Source of the DNA: Eledone cirrhosa | Lineage: Eukaryota | Direction: 5' to 3' | Assembly (NCBI GenBank): GCA_964016885.1 | Contig: OZ024747.1 | Location: 87,792,001 to 87,856,000, forward strand | DNA length: 64,000 nucleotides | Shown: piece after piece, positions 51,546-64,000 of the stretch | Layout: each line of letters opens with the position of its first letter | Numbering within the stretch: the stretch's first letter is position 1 | Notes under the pieces: generated by a model | Database searches by the model: none | The model's input: only the letters and a program-made list of their open reading frames with translations | Told to the model about the DNA's origin: nothing | Translations under genes and position numbers: made by a program

Positions 51546-52699
51546 ATATTTCTGTAATACATTAGTGTATGCGTGTATAGTGTACAACCAAGGCCGTGGT
51601 TTCATTGTGTACTTAGATTTAACCGTGCTTCATCATTTTTTTTATCACAATTTTCTTTTTCTATCAATTTCTGTTAATATTTCAAGTATGGCTGGGTATT
51701 TAGTTTGTTTCTCAACCAGTTTCAAGTTCAGTTGCACTACATGTCATCATGGGCAAGTTCCTTCAGCTATATCCTTGGGCTGATCAATTCCTTGTGAAAG
51801 TCTTAGAAGTTTGTTGTCTGTCTGGCTGGCTGCCCGCGTGTCTGTCTGTCTCTGTATCTATTTGGTGTCATATGGAGGGTTTTGGCATTTGTGGCTTTGT
51901 AAGTGAAGTAAAAAGGAAAATTGAAATGTGATTTTGGATTATTTCATTGGTCACTTGCTGTAGCATTGTTCTGTTGACTGAATAGCTTGCCAGTTTTAGT
52001 ACAGCAAGGATATAGTTGATTGAATTACCTTGTTATTGGTCATATTGGAGAATATTATGCAACATCTATGCAGGGAATTGAACTGCACAGAATCTGCTAC
52101 TTGAAATATATTCATAATGATAGGATGAGCTCTGCCCATTTACTGTATGAATATGGCCTCCAATTACTGTCTACTGTAGAGCAAGCAGTTTGCTAGCAGA
52201 GATGACCTCATCCAGTTTTAGTGATTTTCTTGCTCTGGCTGTTAATTATATTGTCAACTGCAAATAACTTGATATAATGGAAGCAGTCCTATTTCATTTC
52301 CACTGCAGTTGTTATAAAGGAAGTAACTATACTGTTTTGCAAATATGGTCTGGTCTGACGTGTTATATCATGAGCTGAAAAACTTGTCTGCTATTATCCA
52401 AGTAAGAGAGCTAACTCTAATAAGATTAGTTGATCAAAATATTTGACCAATGTAGATTTGAGGGATCTTTTAACCCTTCTGATACTAAACCACCTGAAAT
52501 CGCCCTTCTCATCATAATTTTTGTTTAGGAACTTTTATTTCAAACACCAGCTTAAGTTATTTTACTAAATACCTCTAAAGTAGTCTATTTCTGTACACCT
52601 GTAGATTCTTGAGGTAGCATCTGAAGAGATGGGCAAGCTGAACTCTGCTTCAATACATGCTACCATTACTACAGTGCACATTATTTGCAGCCGGCTATC

Positions 52700-53450
52700 T
52701 CTGTAGTGTTTCATGATGTGGTAGTGCTCTGAGGTGTTTTTGTGGGGTGGAGGTTGTGTTATGAAAAGGACGAGATTTTCATGGTTGCTGCGTCAACAAA
52801 CTACCTTTCCCATGCCTTGTTCTTTGACTTTTAGTATTTTCATTTGTTGGTAGTACACTGTTTTATGTTCTTTGTAGTTTGTCATTTGTTGTGGAGAGAT
52901 CAAGGACCCACTTAGGATTGGCTTAGTATGTTCCTACATCATTTTGCATTCTTTATTTACTATGTCTTCTATGTGTTTTACAAATATTGTAACTCCTAAT
53001 ATTTTTGTTTGTTGTATGTGTGGTATGTTTTTGCAGCTGAGAGTGTGTGTTACTTGCTTAGTGTTCTCTGATGTAAGGAGACAATGGATTTGGTAAGTGC
53101 TACTTGAAGCCTGTTTTGGAGCCAAGCTTCTAGGTGATTTATGTCTGGTTGGAGTAATTGTGATAGTGTGGATAGATATGAGGTATGTTTTGTAGGTATA
53201 GCTTGAAAAGAGTGAATGAGCTGATAGGTCTCTGGTATTCATTCCATTCTGGAAATTGCAGGTTCTAGAAGTGTTTGTGTACTCTGCTAGCCAGCGTTTG
53301 TGGTTTTTCTTAAGGTAGTGTTGAGTGGATACCAGGGGATGGGGTAAAAATGTTTTTTGGTGTTGATGGTATTTATAATTGTACATGGAATGTGTTTTTG
53401 TTGCTGAAGCTGTGTTGTATTTTCTGTTAAGTTTGTATATAGTATACTAG
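52700..53450 (-). mobile_element. Degraded LINE RT remnant (I/Jockey-like)
   Basis: IPHIQQTKILGVTIFVKHIEDIV (KILGVT..F..HI motif). Confidence 0.45.
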
Positions 53451-54223
53451 TTTAGTATAAAAATCTGATTCTTTGTTAGGATTTGGTGAAGCAGGTGAGT
53501 TAGAGGTGTTAAGATGTATTAATCACCTATTTGCAGATTTGTCTGCTACTTCTAGCAGACTGAGCTACCACATGGAGGCTCTTGACAATGGAGAATAGCC
53601 AGCATCATCTGCTGCTTTGTCTCCACCTCGAGTAACTCCTTCATCAGGCAGGAGGCACTCCTCCCAATTTTATGGAAGTAAATAGCAGTTCTGGGGACAT
53701 CACAGGTCTTAATGACCAGCATGAAAAGAAAGTAGTCAGTCAAGTGATGGTATTTGGATATTTGTGTTACAGACAGTAATGGCCTGGCTTGTTTCTGAAG
53801 CAATACGGTTGGAAGCAGAGAGCATGTTGCAGCACATGATGTCCTAGATTAGAGATTTAATGAACATACTGATGCGTAAACTACAGCTAGTTAGTTACTT
53901 TTCACCACCTTCTCATTCATACTCTTTCCAAATAGTCATTACTTAGCCGTCCTGGTGTATAGAGTGGTAAATAGATGACCCCGAAGGACGGCGAAAGCAA
54001 TGCATTGAAAGACCAGTCCATATTCTTTGGATATCCATCTCCTTCACAATTGAAGTAGGCAGTTGGTTCAGGTACCCAGGACACCAGATGTTTTCATTGC
54101 TCTGGGTTCAATGATAAACTTCTCTGTGAAGAACTTCTATGCTTATTAGCATTGTATTTTGCTGGAGGAGAAATGAAATTCTTTACTTCTGTGAGTGTTT
54201 TAGACATTTATCTGAATAAAGGC

Positions 54224-54267
<44 letters not shown>

Positions 54268-55040
54268 ATGGAAGTATATATGTTAGCAGTACAATAGTTA
54301 GTTGCAAAGTAGTGAATGAGTGGCACTTATAGTGGAAGTAACTGTTCATACAAACTGGCAGGAATAAGATAAAATTTATAAAGCATATGCAATTTAAAAA
54401 AAAAGTTTTTGTGTGCCTAGCTAAAATATTTTGTTTTTAGATATTAACTATCGTTTTTCTAAAAGGAATGAACATCAAGTGTAAATATTTTCGTTTTTTG
54501 GCTGGACTCGTGTTGTAGTTTTTTAAGGACTTTCAGGGAGTGAGGTGGGTCAGATCTTTCAGTTACAATTAACCTTGTATACATAGAAAGCAATAGCTAG
54601 CTGGTAAATACTGTACATTTATGGCAACTTTAAGAGGTTCTCACAGGTGCTTAATATGTGAATCTGATACTGGCAGGGATTGGTTAGCTGCTTTTCCCTT
54701 TTCTTTCTTCCCTTTTTCTCTCTATCTGTTTGCTTCTTTCCTTTTTTCTTTCTACCCTTATTATTACCATCTCCTTATTTCTTTATTGTTTTGCAGCCAG
54801 TAGAGCTGACTATGGTAGTTAGGCCTCGGACAGGCTTTGTTTAGAAGAAAATCACCTTATCTGTATTCAGTTTTGTGCATGTATTTATTTTGGTTTTCTG
54901 CCCTCTGATTTCAAATCCCATCAAAGTCAAGTTTACCTTTCAACCTTTTGAGGTTGATAAAAAAAATAGTACCTGTCTGGTACTGGTATCGATTCTTTTC
55001 TCACTTCAACTCTCTCTATACCTCTCTCTCTCTCTCTCTG

Positions 55041-55101
<61 letters not shown>

Positions 55102-56411
55102 CTATCTTTCTTTCTCTCTCTCTGACATATTTCCAGTTGCATTGTTGATCCAGCAGGCATGGGTCGTTTCTTTTTTTTTTTTTTTTTTTTTTACAAGAAC
55201 ATCCATATACTTTGGGGTTCTGTTGTTTATGGAGGAGGCATGATTTTTGCCATTATTTGAGCCATAAAAAAAAAAAAGCCATGGCCTTGATACCTTTAGA
55301 AAAGAATTAATCACTGTTTAGGGAACTAGGGCTAAAAGTCACCATATGTAGCAATCTCACTAGTTTTAACTTCTTAGACTCTACACACCCATAAACCCAT
55401 CCATAAGCATAGCAAAAATCCTAGATACATATACAAGAATAGCCACCCCTCTCGCTAACCACTCTTCTAATCAAGCCATTTTCTAAAGGGCAGCCCCCTA
55501 CTATAATGCAGCCTTATGCAATAGAAGCTTCTCTGAGAATATTTCCTATACGCCAAGCCACCCCCCAAATACTTATTAGAAGAAAAAAATAGAAATAAAG
55601 CAGGAGTCTTATTCTCTCCTCCCTCCACGTTAAATGTCAAAAATAATGTCGAAAAGAAGTTTTTAGCCTTCATAGACACTTTAACCATCATACGGTCTAA
55701 ATTAGATATTCCTGTACTAGAAACAATATCGCACCTGCATAAACAAGAGTCCCAAATATATAGATACCTGGCGATAATCATTTTCCTCCATACATATTCC
55801 ATTATCATTTTAGAAATATTTCACCACCAATTAAAATGTGGAGCATAGACCATTAATCGTGGATCATCAGTGGAAGAAAGAATTAATCATCCATGCTTAT
55901 ATTGCTAAGACAAATCCAGGAGTGAATGAAAAAATGCCTCGTGTATTTGGGGAAAATCTATATATGAAGTTTTCATTAAATTTTAATATGCTACCTCTGT
56001 AACTGTATTCTTACTCTTTACATATTATCCCCCCTCCCCCTGTCAATGTTTGATATTATTTTATATATATGTCAATTGACTTTTAATTTTTAATAAATTC
56101 TCGGATTTATTCATTAGAATCTGAGCTTTGTCTACAGGTGGTATGGCGCATGTGTGATTTTCTCAGACATGACTGCTATAATTTTGTTAGTATTATATAT
56201 ATCATATATATAGCATGACTTGTGGCTGTTTCTATGGGAATAACGAAGTTTCATTTGCTGGGAATTTTAAGTGCATAGCTGTCAACATTGATATACACTT
56301 GTATATCGTGTTTTGTTTTCTCTCTCTTTTTTTAAAAATATTCTTGAAGCAAATTTGACTAAGAAACGGTCATGTAATAAATATATTTAATTTTAAATAA
56401 TACCGAGTGAA

Positions 56412-58390
56412 TCATCATCGTTTAACGTCCATTTTCCACACTAGCATGAGTTAGACAGGTTATCCCATTTCAGACAAGTCGGGTCAAGTGACTGACTTGC
56501 TTATACAGAACTGTTTCTGGCTTTGATTCTACAGCTGGATGCCCTTCTGAATGTCAATCACATTTACAGTGTGGACTTGGTGCTTTTTTTCATGTTGCCA
56601 ACACATCTTTACAGTGTGGGCTGGGCTCTTTATGTCGTGGCTCCAAAACAACCCCTTTACAGTGTGGGCTGGGGAAGGGTGAGGTTTTAGGTATTGGGGT
56701 AGGATACTATGCTTCAACCCATGCACATGGGAAAGTGGGTCTTCTATATTACCGCATAATGCCAAAAATCTCGATTTTTGTGTCATCGCCTTTGAGAGAT
56801 GTAATTGTGCAAGGTGAACTTTTAACACATCATCATAGGTCTTCCTACTCGATAGCTTCAATCAACTTTGATCGTGCTGCACCTTTTTTATACAGCTGCC
56901 ATCCAATGCAATCTCCTCTCTTGCACAATGCATCTGATTCCTCTTATGCCCAGTTCTCTGTTCATTTACACTTTGCCATTCATGTATATTACTATTACAC
57001 ATCCATCAAAGCATGCAGGAGTCATTTCTTTCCAATCTTCACAGGTCCTCTGCACACAGCACTCAGGTCACATCACTATGTAACATTGCTGTTCGAGTAT
57101 ATGTATTATACAATCTGTCTATTTTAAGGGGAAAACCCTTTTGTAGTTAGGTGCGGTAGTAGTTCCTTGAACCTTCTCCATTCCATTCTCACTCTGGCTA
57201 CTATACATTCAGAATATCCTCCCCCACTGCTCATTTGGTCACCCAAGTAGCAGAAACTATTGACTATTTCACAGAGCCCCCAGGGTATTTAAGGGATTTG
57301 GTATTCTGTGGGCTCTTGCTATACACTGCACCTGTGACCCCACTACATCACTTGTGTACTCATAGCTGACATTTGGGGCATAGGACGGAATTTCTACCTT
57401 TTTTCCTGCACACTGAGCAAGGCCATTTTCATCAGGGAACCTGGGCCCTGTTTTCCTTTCTACATACTAGGAATTTAGTTTTTAACAAGTTAACTTTGAG
57501 ACCTTTTGAATCTAGGCCATATTTCCAGGTTTGGAATTTCTTTAATTCTGCTAGCTATAGATTCAACTGTGTTAAATCATCTGCATACAGATGTTCCCAG
57601 GGGCATTCAGTCTTAAACTCTTCTGTTATAACCTGCAGGACAACAATAAAGTGGAAAGGGCTAAATTCTTCACTATAGTCCTTAATTCTAACCTTGCTGA
57701 CTGTCCTCTTTATACAGGGCTCGTTTTCTCAGAACCCACCAGATAATGGAACGGGGGACTCTGTCAAAAGCTTTTTTCAGGTCAACAAAAGCCAAATAGA
57801 GGAGTTAAAAGTAAACTAGGTATTTCTTCTGCTGTTGCCTCATGAGGAAGAGAGCATCTATGGTACTTTTACCTGGGACAATTCCAAACTGCATTTCATC
57901 AAGGTTAACTCGTTCTCCAATCAGCAATGCTACATTTTCTATGACTGTCATGACTTGGTTCATCAACTTGATGACTCTATAGTTTTTTGTCTAGGGCATC
58001 TATAGCAGTTGATGATGATGATGATGCTAAGTTAGTCATTGGGTATGACACTGTTTTGTAGTACTTGATGATGATGCTAAGCTAGTCATTGGGTATGACA
58101 CTGTTTTGTAGTACTTGGTTTATAATACGGGTGACCCACCATCCTAGATACTTTTCCTGTCTTCATATCCTTGATTGCCTTACTATACTACTGCTAACAG
58201 CTGGTCTCTGTTGGGTTAACTTGGGGCAGATTATCTTCTCATGCATTCTCTTCATTTAGTAGTCTTTGATATTGGCAATTCCATGCTACCTCCTTTTCAG
58301 CATCAGTGAGGGCGAGTACTCCATTTTCATCACAGACATGCTTCTCCCCATCAACATAACAATTCTCCCTGACACACTGCCTCGCAATCC
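56412..58390 (-). mobile_element. RTE LINE (same family as 42785), with a 50-bp tandem duplication at 58017-58116
   Basis: Reverse complement aligns with 42785-43900, including the tail; the YADD motif is TCATCTGCATA near 57580. Confidence 0.85.
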
Positions 58391-59189
58391 TGAACACTTC
58401 ACACAAAGAATTCAAAAGGGTTTAGGAAAATAACTTTAAGGTTCTTTCATGAAATTATGATGAAAGCTTCAACACATTAAAATAGAACCAGGAGTAGTTT
58501 AGTATCAAAAGGCGTAAACTTAAAAATTGTTAGGTTTATTTTGTCAGTTGTTTTAAGTGTGCGAACAGAATATACATAACTATGGGTTGGGGGTAGAAGA
58601 AAGGAAAAAATAACACCCGTACAACACATCAATCTTTCTTCCTTCTTCACCTACAATCTTGTTTTTAATCTATCTTGTACGAAATAGGTAAAATGCAGTC
58701 TGTTTTACTGAGGAGGTTACTTTTACATTCTAGCTCCCTTGACTAATGTTGTAAAGGGAAGGGGTTTTTCCCCTCTTATCTAAAACCCATTAAAAATACT
58801 TGTTCGGAATTTTGGGTGGATTTGAACAAAAATTCTTGGAGGAACATATTTCCTTTCATTCCCCAAATATTGTTACATATCTTTATCAGACTCATTTTTA
58901 CTTTAACATCTGGACTAGCATCAAAATTCCTTGTTTAAATTTGTTGCTGTTTTACCTGGTCATTTATTTATTTTCTTTATGAATTCTGCCAAAGGAATCT
59001 TATAAAAAAATATAATTTTCACTGATAAGATTAGGTAGTATTTACTTGTAGTTTTTAAGGTTTATTCAATTTCTATGAAACTACGTTTTGTGTTCCTACA
59101 TTATTGCCCATAGTTAATTAGTGCTCTTCAATGGAAATGTTCGATAACAATAGTCAGATTATGGCAGTCATTTCTTGTTCCTTATGTAA

Positions 59190-59486
59190 TATTTACAAAA
59201 CTAGAATTTATTTCAACATGTTGATGTGTATGTGTGCATATGCATACATTTATATGTATAAGTATATAAATATAAATGTGCAAACACACACTCTTACGAA
59301 CATACATTCACACACACATTCACATACATTTACACAAACACACTCACACACAGTGTAGCTAATGGAACGCCAGTTGCTGTTTTACTGTATTTTTTCACCA
59401 TCCCCTTCCTTCCTTTTTACTCACTCATACATTCACACAAACACATTGTGAAGGACGGAAGTCGCTCAAATTTATATATAGATTAA
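59190..59486 (-). mobile_element. Helitron-like repeat, inverted relative to 31274
   Basis: TTTTTTCACCATCCCCTT...GGACGGAAGTCGCTCAAATTTATATATAGAT. Confidence 0.5.
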
Positions 59487-59489
59487 CTT

Positions 59490-59770
59490 CATAGGTGCAG
59501 GCATTGCTGTGATTATGTTCACTTCACAACCACATGGATTTAGGTTCACTCTTGCTGCATGGCACCTTGAGTAAGTGTCTGATACTATAGCCTCGAGTTC
59601 ACCCAGTGCATTGGGAATGTGGAAGACCCAGACAGAGACTGTAGAAGCCCACCATGTGTGTCCTTATCTGTTTATGTCCTATATCTAAGCTGTTCAGTAA
59701 AATAAGTACTAAACTTGAAAAAAAGGTTGTACTGGGGTTAATAGAATTGACTAAATCCCTGTAAGGCCTC
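59490..59770 (+). mobile_element. Old tRNA-derived SINE (third family)
   Basis: AGGTGCAGGCATTGCTGTG...CAACCACATGG..GGTTCA...GGCACCTTGAGTAAGTGTCT; related pieces near 16635(+), 18030(-), 36430(-). Confidence 0.5.
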
Positions 59771-62700
59771 AGTAAAAGAATAATAGAATTACATTCAACA
59801 ATGTAGACTATTTGAATTTGTTTTTGTCTTTACATAATTGAACTCATTTTCTCATACAAGATCAATTATTTAGAAATGAATGGCAAATCTCTGTTGATAT
59901 GATTGTCTTGAATTAATCAAGCTTTTTCTTCAATAGTAATTCCAAAGCTTGCTTTTCCCAACGGAGAAGAAAAAAATATATATATATATATATATATTGG
60001 GTGCAGCTGAATCATGTGAATACTTAGTTCAAAATAGGTAGTCTTTGAAATCTGCCCTTTGGCAAAATCTTTCTTACAGTAACAAAACATTGAAAGTGTA
60101 TTGACTTCAAGTTCTTTCTTTAACCCTTTAACATCAATATGCACAGCCATACCAAATAGCTCCATGCCAACATACCAAAATAGCTCTTTTACTTCTCAAT
60201 GTCATTCATTAAAAATAAATTCAATTGTATTAACATGAAAGACTTTATACTGTGACTTTATATTCTGACTACTATGGTACCATCCTTGAGCTCAGTGAAT
60301 ATCTAATGTAAGAAATCACTTCCATTTTAATCACAATCATTCATTCAAATTTGAATACTAATGTTCTGGCTCATTCAAACAATTAAGCTAGTTTTTCTTC
60401 TTTATTTGTTCATTTTATAGTGTTCTACTGTATTTCGCACTTTCTGATTGGTTAGAAATATTATGGGTGTAAATAGCCTTCCAGATTTTGGGGAGTGATA
60501 ATTGAGTAATAGGAAATGGTATAATAGAGCTTACTGGTGGGATGTCCTGATTTGATGTACACCATTTGCTTGTCTTGCAGTCTATCAAATGTTTTGTTCC
60601 TGTTGCAACATGAAGTTGACTCATTGCTAGATGATTAACACTTCCCTGTATATCTCTTATGTAGGTGTTATGTCTCTGAGGTATAATTCTCTTGTGATAT
60701 TGTGGCTACATATTTACATGTGGGCAGGTTATAGAAATAATACATTTAATCTCATTTTTTTTCATGTCCACTTTTCTATGCCGTCATTAGTTGGTCATTC
60801 GTTTTTGTTTTTTTTTAAGCAGTTTTTCTATGATCTGTTTCCTTTCTTGTCTCCAATTTTCTTTTAAAATAACGTACTGCTAGTAGTGTCAAGATTACAG
60901 GGAAGACACATGATGGCCATTGTGTTGGATAAAACCCAAAACCATGTGGTAGCAGAAGGAACTTATCTACACAGCCATGTCTGTGTAATATCTAAATTGA
61001 ATTTGTGTATCTGTTAGTATTTTCTGACCAATACCATACATAACTCTTTTTTTTCAATTCTTCCAATTTTATTACAATCATATAAACCATGTTTACAAAA
61101 GCCAACCAACATTCTTAGTTTAACCCTTTCATTTCCATATTTCTGATAAACGAATCTTGAAAATTCAGGATTTTAAGGGATTTAATAACTCTTATTACCA
61201 AGCTAGTAGTGTTTAGAACATAACTTCACAAAACTTCATGCATAAAATTATGGTTAAAGGTTTTAAGATAAATATAATTATTTTGAAATAAATAATTTTG
61301 TGTTGTAAATACAGTAGTAGTTTCAGTCAGTCTGGTATCAAATGAATTAAATCTTGCTGAGGTTAATAAAGTACCAGCAAGATTATTTTCACTCTTTATG
61401 TAATTTTTTTTAACCTAAAAATCTACTTCATAATATTTAGTTTCATTGAAGTGGCAACTGTTTACTTTCTGCTGCATTATAGTCGTCAATAACAAGGCCA
61501 CCCAATTAGAAATGTTTTCAATAACATAGTATATATGAATTATTGTTGCACCAGTTCTGTAATTCTGACAGGTCCACTTGACATGATACTAAAGTGTATT
61601 GGTATGCCACCTAAACTTGTTAGTACGTGATTGGCTTGGGAAAATAGATGGGTTTACACAATTTTTTCTTGCTCAAGTCAGTATATAGGAAAGTGATTCA
61701 TGCTTGCCTGTTCTATATTCACAAATTCCACTAAATTAATTCTATGGATCCTGCATCATTCATTTTTGGGTTAAAAACCAGCCATATCTGGCCAGAATGC
61801 ATATTAGTAGTGTTTAGGAGTTTTTTTTTTTTGTTTTTGTTTTTTCTTCCAAAAATATGTGGCAATATGTGTAATAGTCAGTTTATGAAGCTCAGATGAG
61901 CTAGTGGTTAAAGGTGTTGGGTTCATAAGTTCATGGGTTTGATTCCTGGACCAAACAGCACAGTGTCTTCTTGAGCAAGATGCTTCATTTCACGTTGCTT
62001 TTCATGATAGAACCCTTATTGAAACACTCAAGAGACTCCTATGAAATGCTTCATAAGAAACCGGCTAAACCTGCATGCATGTGAGCTGTAAATTCCATTC
62101 CATTCTATTCCATTCCAATGGAAACTGTGAGCCAATCAAACAAACTATTCTTGAGCCTGAAACTGATCCCAGTTCTATAAAACACCCTTTATTTAAAGTG
62201 TTCGTATTTATATTTAAACTTCCCATTAGAGTTTCATGTAAGAAAATTTAAGTTATGCTCTAACACCAGCTTAATAATGAAAGCTATATAACTAAATCCC
62301 TCTGAATCATTGATTGCTAATAATTTTCAAATAATTTTGAAAATCTTTCATTAAAGATATGATTATGAAAATATATGAACTGGTAAGTCAAGGGTAAATG
62401 TGTATTTGTGTATATACCTTGCAACGTTATATATCTTACACATAGACCAGCATCCGAACATTTGTTACAATTGTGTACAAGTATATACATATAAACACAA
62501 ATTATACATACGCACACATACACTCGTACTCACACAAGTGTAGCTAACCTTGGAACGCTCATTGCTATGTTTCTCTATCCGCTTCGTTACATAGATGTAG
62601 GTAATAATTTTTTATAATGCCTGTTTACGAATGTGTGTAGATGTGTGTGTTTGTACTTCTATTGTTTGTGTATTTATATGTAGATCTGTGTATGTATCTA

Positions 62701-62864
62701 AAGCATATACACATGAATGAATGGATGAAACACCTAAAAAATTATAATATATTCTCCTATACTATATAATAAATTTTCCATTTTGTATAATACGCAATAT
62801 TTCTACAAGGTATCGCTATTTCATAGAAATACTAAGAATTTTCATCACAATTTTCTATTTCCAG

Positions 62865-62963
62865 GATTTCGCACTTGGGATGTGGAAGCCGCTGGTGTTG
62901 ACATAAATGAGGAAGTCTCTCAAATTGCCAATAAAGGCGCTTTGGGTGAAGAAGGTCCCTATG
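62865..62963 (+). CDS. futsch: MAP1A/1B/futsch-like gene, coding exon 2
   Basis: TTTTCTATTTCCAG|GA TTT CGC ACT TGG GAT... = (G)FRTWDVEAAGVDINEEVSQIANKGALGEEGPY(G)|GTTAGT; 99 nt, phase 1-1, joins exon 1 in frame to restore the G[IF]R[ST]WD motif. Confidence 0.85.
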
Positions 62964-64000
62964 GTTAGTATTAAAAAATTTCTTATGTCTAAAATCTTCT
63001 GTCTCGTGAGGAATTCCATTTCCACTTGAACTTTTGAATTGTTATTGCTTTCTTTTTCTTTTCTTTGCTTTTCAACTAAATTTAGTTGAAAATTTCAATT
63101 GATTGTTGTAAACTCATTTTAGAATATATTAACTTTGTATAACTGAAAACTAGTTGGGCTTTCATTGTGTACCACTAAGAAATGTTTTAACTTTATTAAC
63201 AATTAGAAACCAGACATTTTGATAAGAAATCTAATCAGTTCTTAGCTTATATATTTCTTATATATATATATATTTTTTATTTTCTAAACATTTCTAAATT
63301 ATAACCAAAAGCTTTTTGATTGCCATTACTTATACCTTGCTTGATTAACTGAACTATCTACTTATTATTAGCATGTATATGACTAAGTATTCTACAAACA
63401 TAATCTTCAGCATGACACATTGTATGGCAAGGGCAGCTTTTCAATTACAAGTACAATCTGACAGGCTTCTGCATCTCAGTTTCGTACATAAGGCTTGGCA
63501 CAACCTGAAGCTATGGTAAATCAAATTGATTTAAACTTGTGTTATTTGTAACATTGTAGACTGCTTTGAGGATAGTTTTCAATGTAGACAGAAAGTATAA
63601 TATTGGAATTAGTCTGTTGGAGTCAGTCATGATGACATGGGTTCAATTCCTGGACTGGAGACGTTATGTTCTTGAGCAAGACGCTTCATTTCACATTGAA
63701 AAAAAAGCAGCTGGGGTTTAAACCTTAAAACAGACTGGCATCTCATCTAAGGAGCAGTCTTTTCATGATAGGACTGAGAACTTTATTAAAACACTTGAGA
63801 AATTTCCTATTAGCTATATCCTTGTAGGAGGCCTGCTAAACTTAGTGAGCTATAACAAATTTAGTGTAGTTTACCTAAATATAATGGAACAAAATTTTCA
63901 AGTCTCTTCATAAAAATGCTCAGTTTAATACTCATGCTTTTAAATTAAACCCTTATTGACTTAATACTTACTGACATGGTACCTTTCTCAGATTGGTTGA

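Noticed and set aside
55380-55950. 113-aa minus-strand ORF or Penelope RT remnant (GSPL-like motif)
   Set aside because: Only a 4-residue match, with no splice signals or recognisable domain

Overview
AT-rich, repeat-dense animal genomic DNA. The SINE/RTE/Penelope/MITE content and long (TA)n tracts suggest an octopus or other coleoid cephalopod; this is an inference from the repeat families. Most ORFs in the track are noise or transposon debris. One real protein-coding gene is visible: exons 1-2 of a MAP1A/1B/futsch-family gene (+; 24240-24372 and 62865-62963), separated by a 38.5-kb intron. It starts in a CpG-retaining island (~23.0-26.9 kb) that looks bidirectional. On the minus strand, a TCT/5'TOP-type start gives a 35-nt first exon ending ATG|GTAAGT, with no recognisable coding continuation. 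The most notable hidden signal is four type-I hammerhead ribozyme motifs at 8.1-11.8 kb, arranged as two outward-facing inverted pairs of Penelope-like terminal repeats; the copy at 11668-11726 has an intact catalytic core. The rest is RTE, CR1/L2-like, CRE- and R4-like retroelement remnants, hAT and Tc1/mariner remnants, MITEs, tRNA-derived SINEs and several hairpins.
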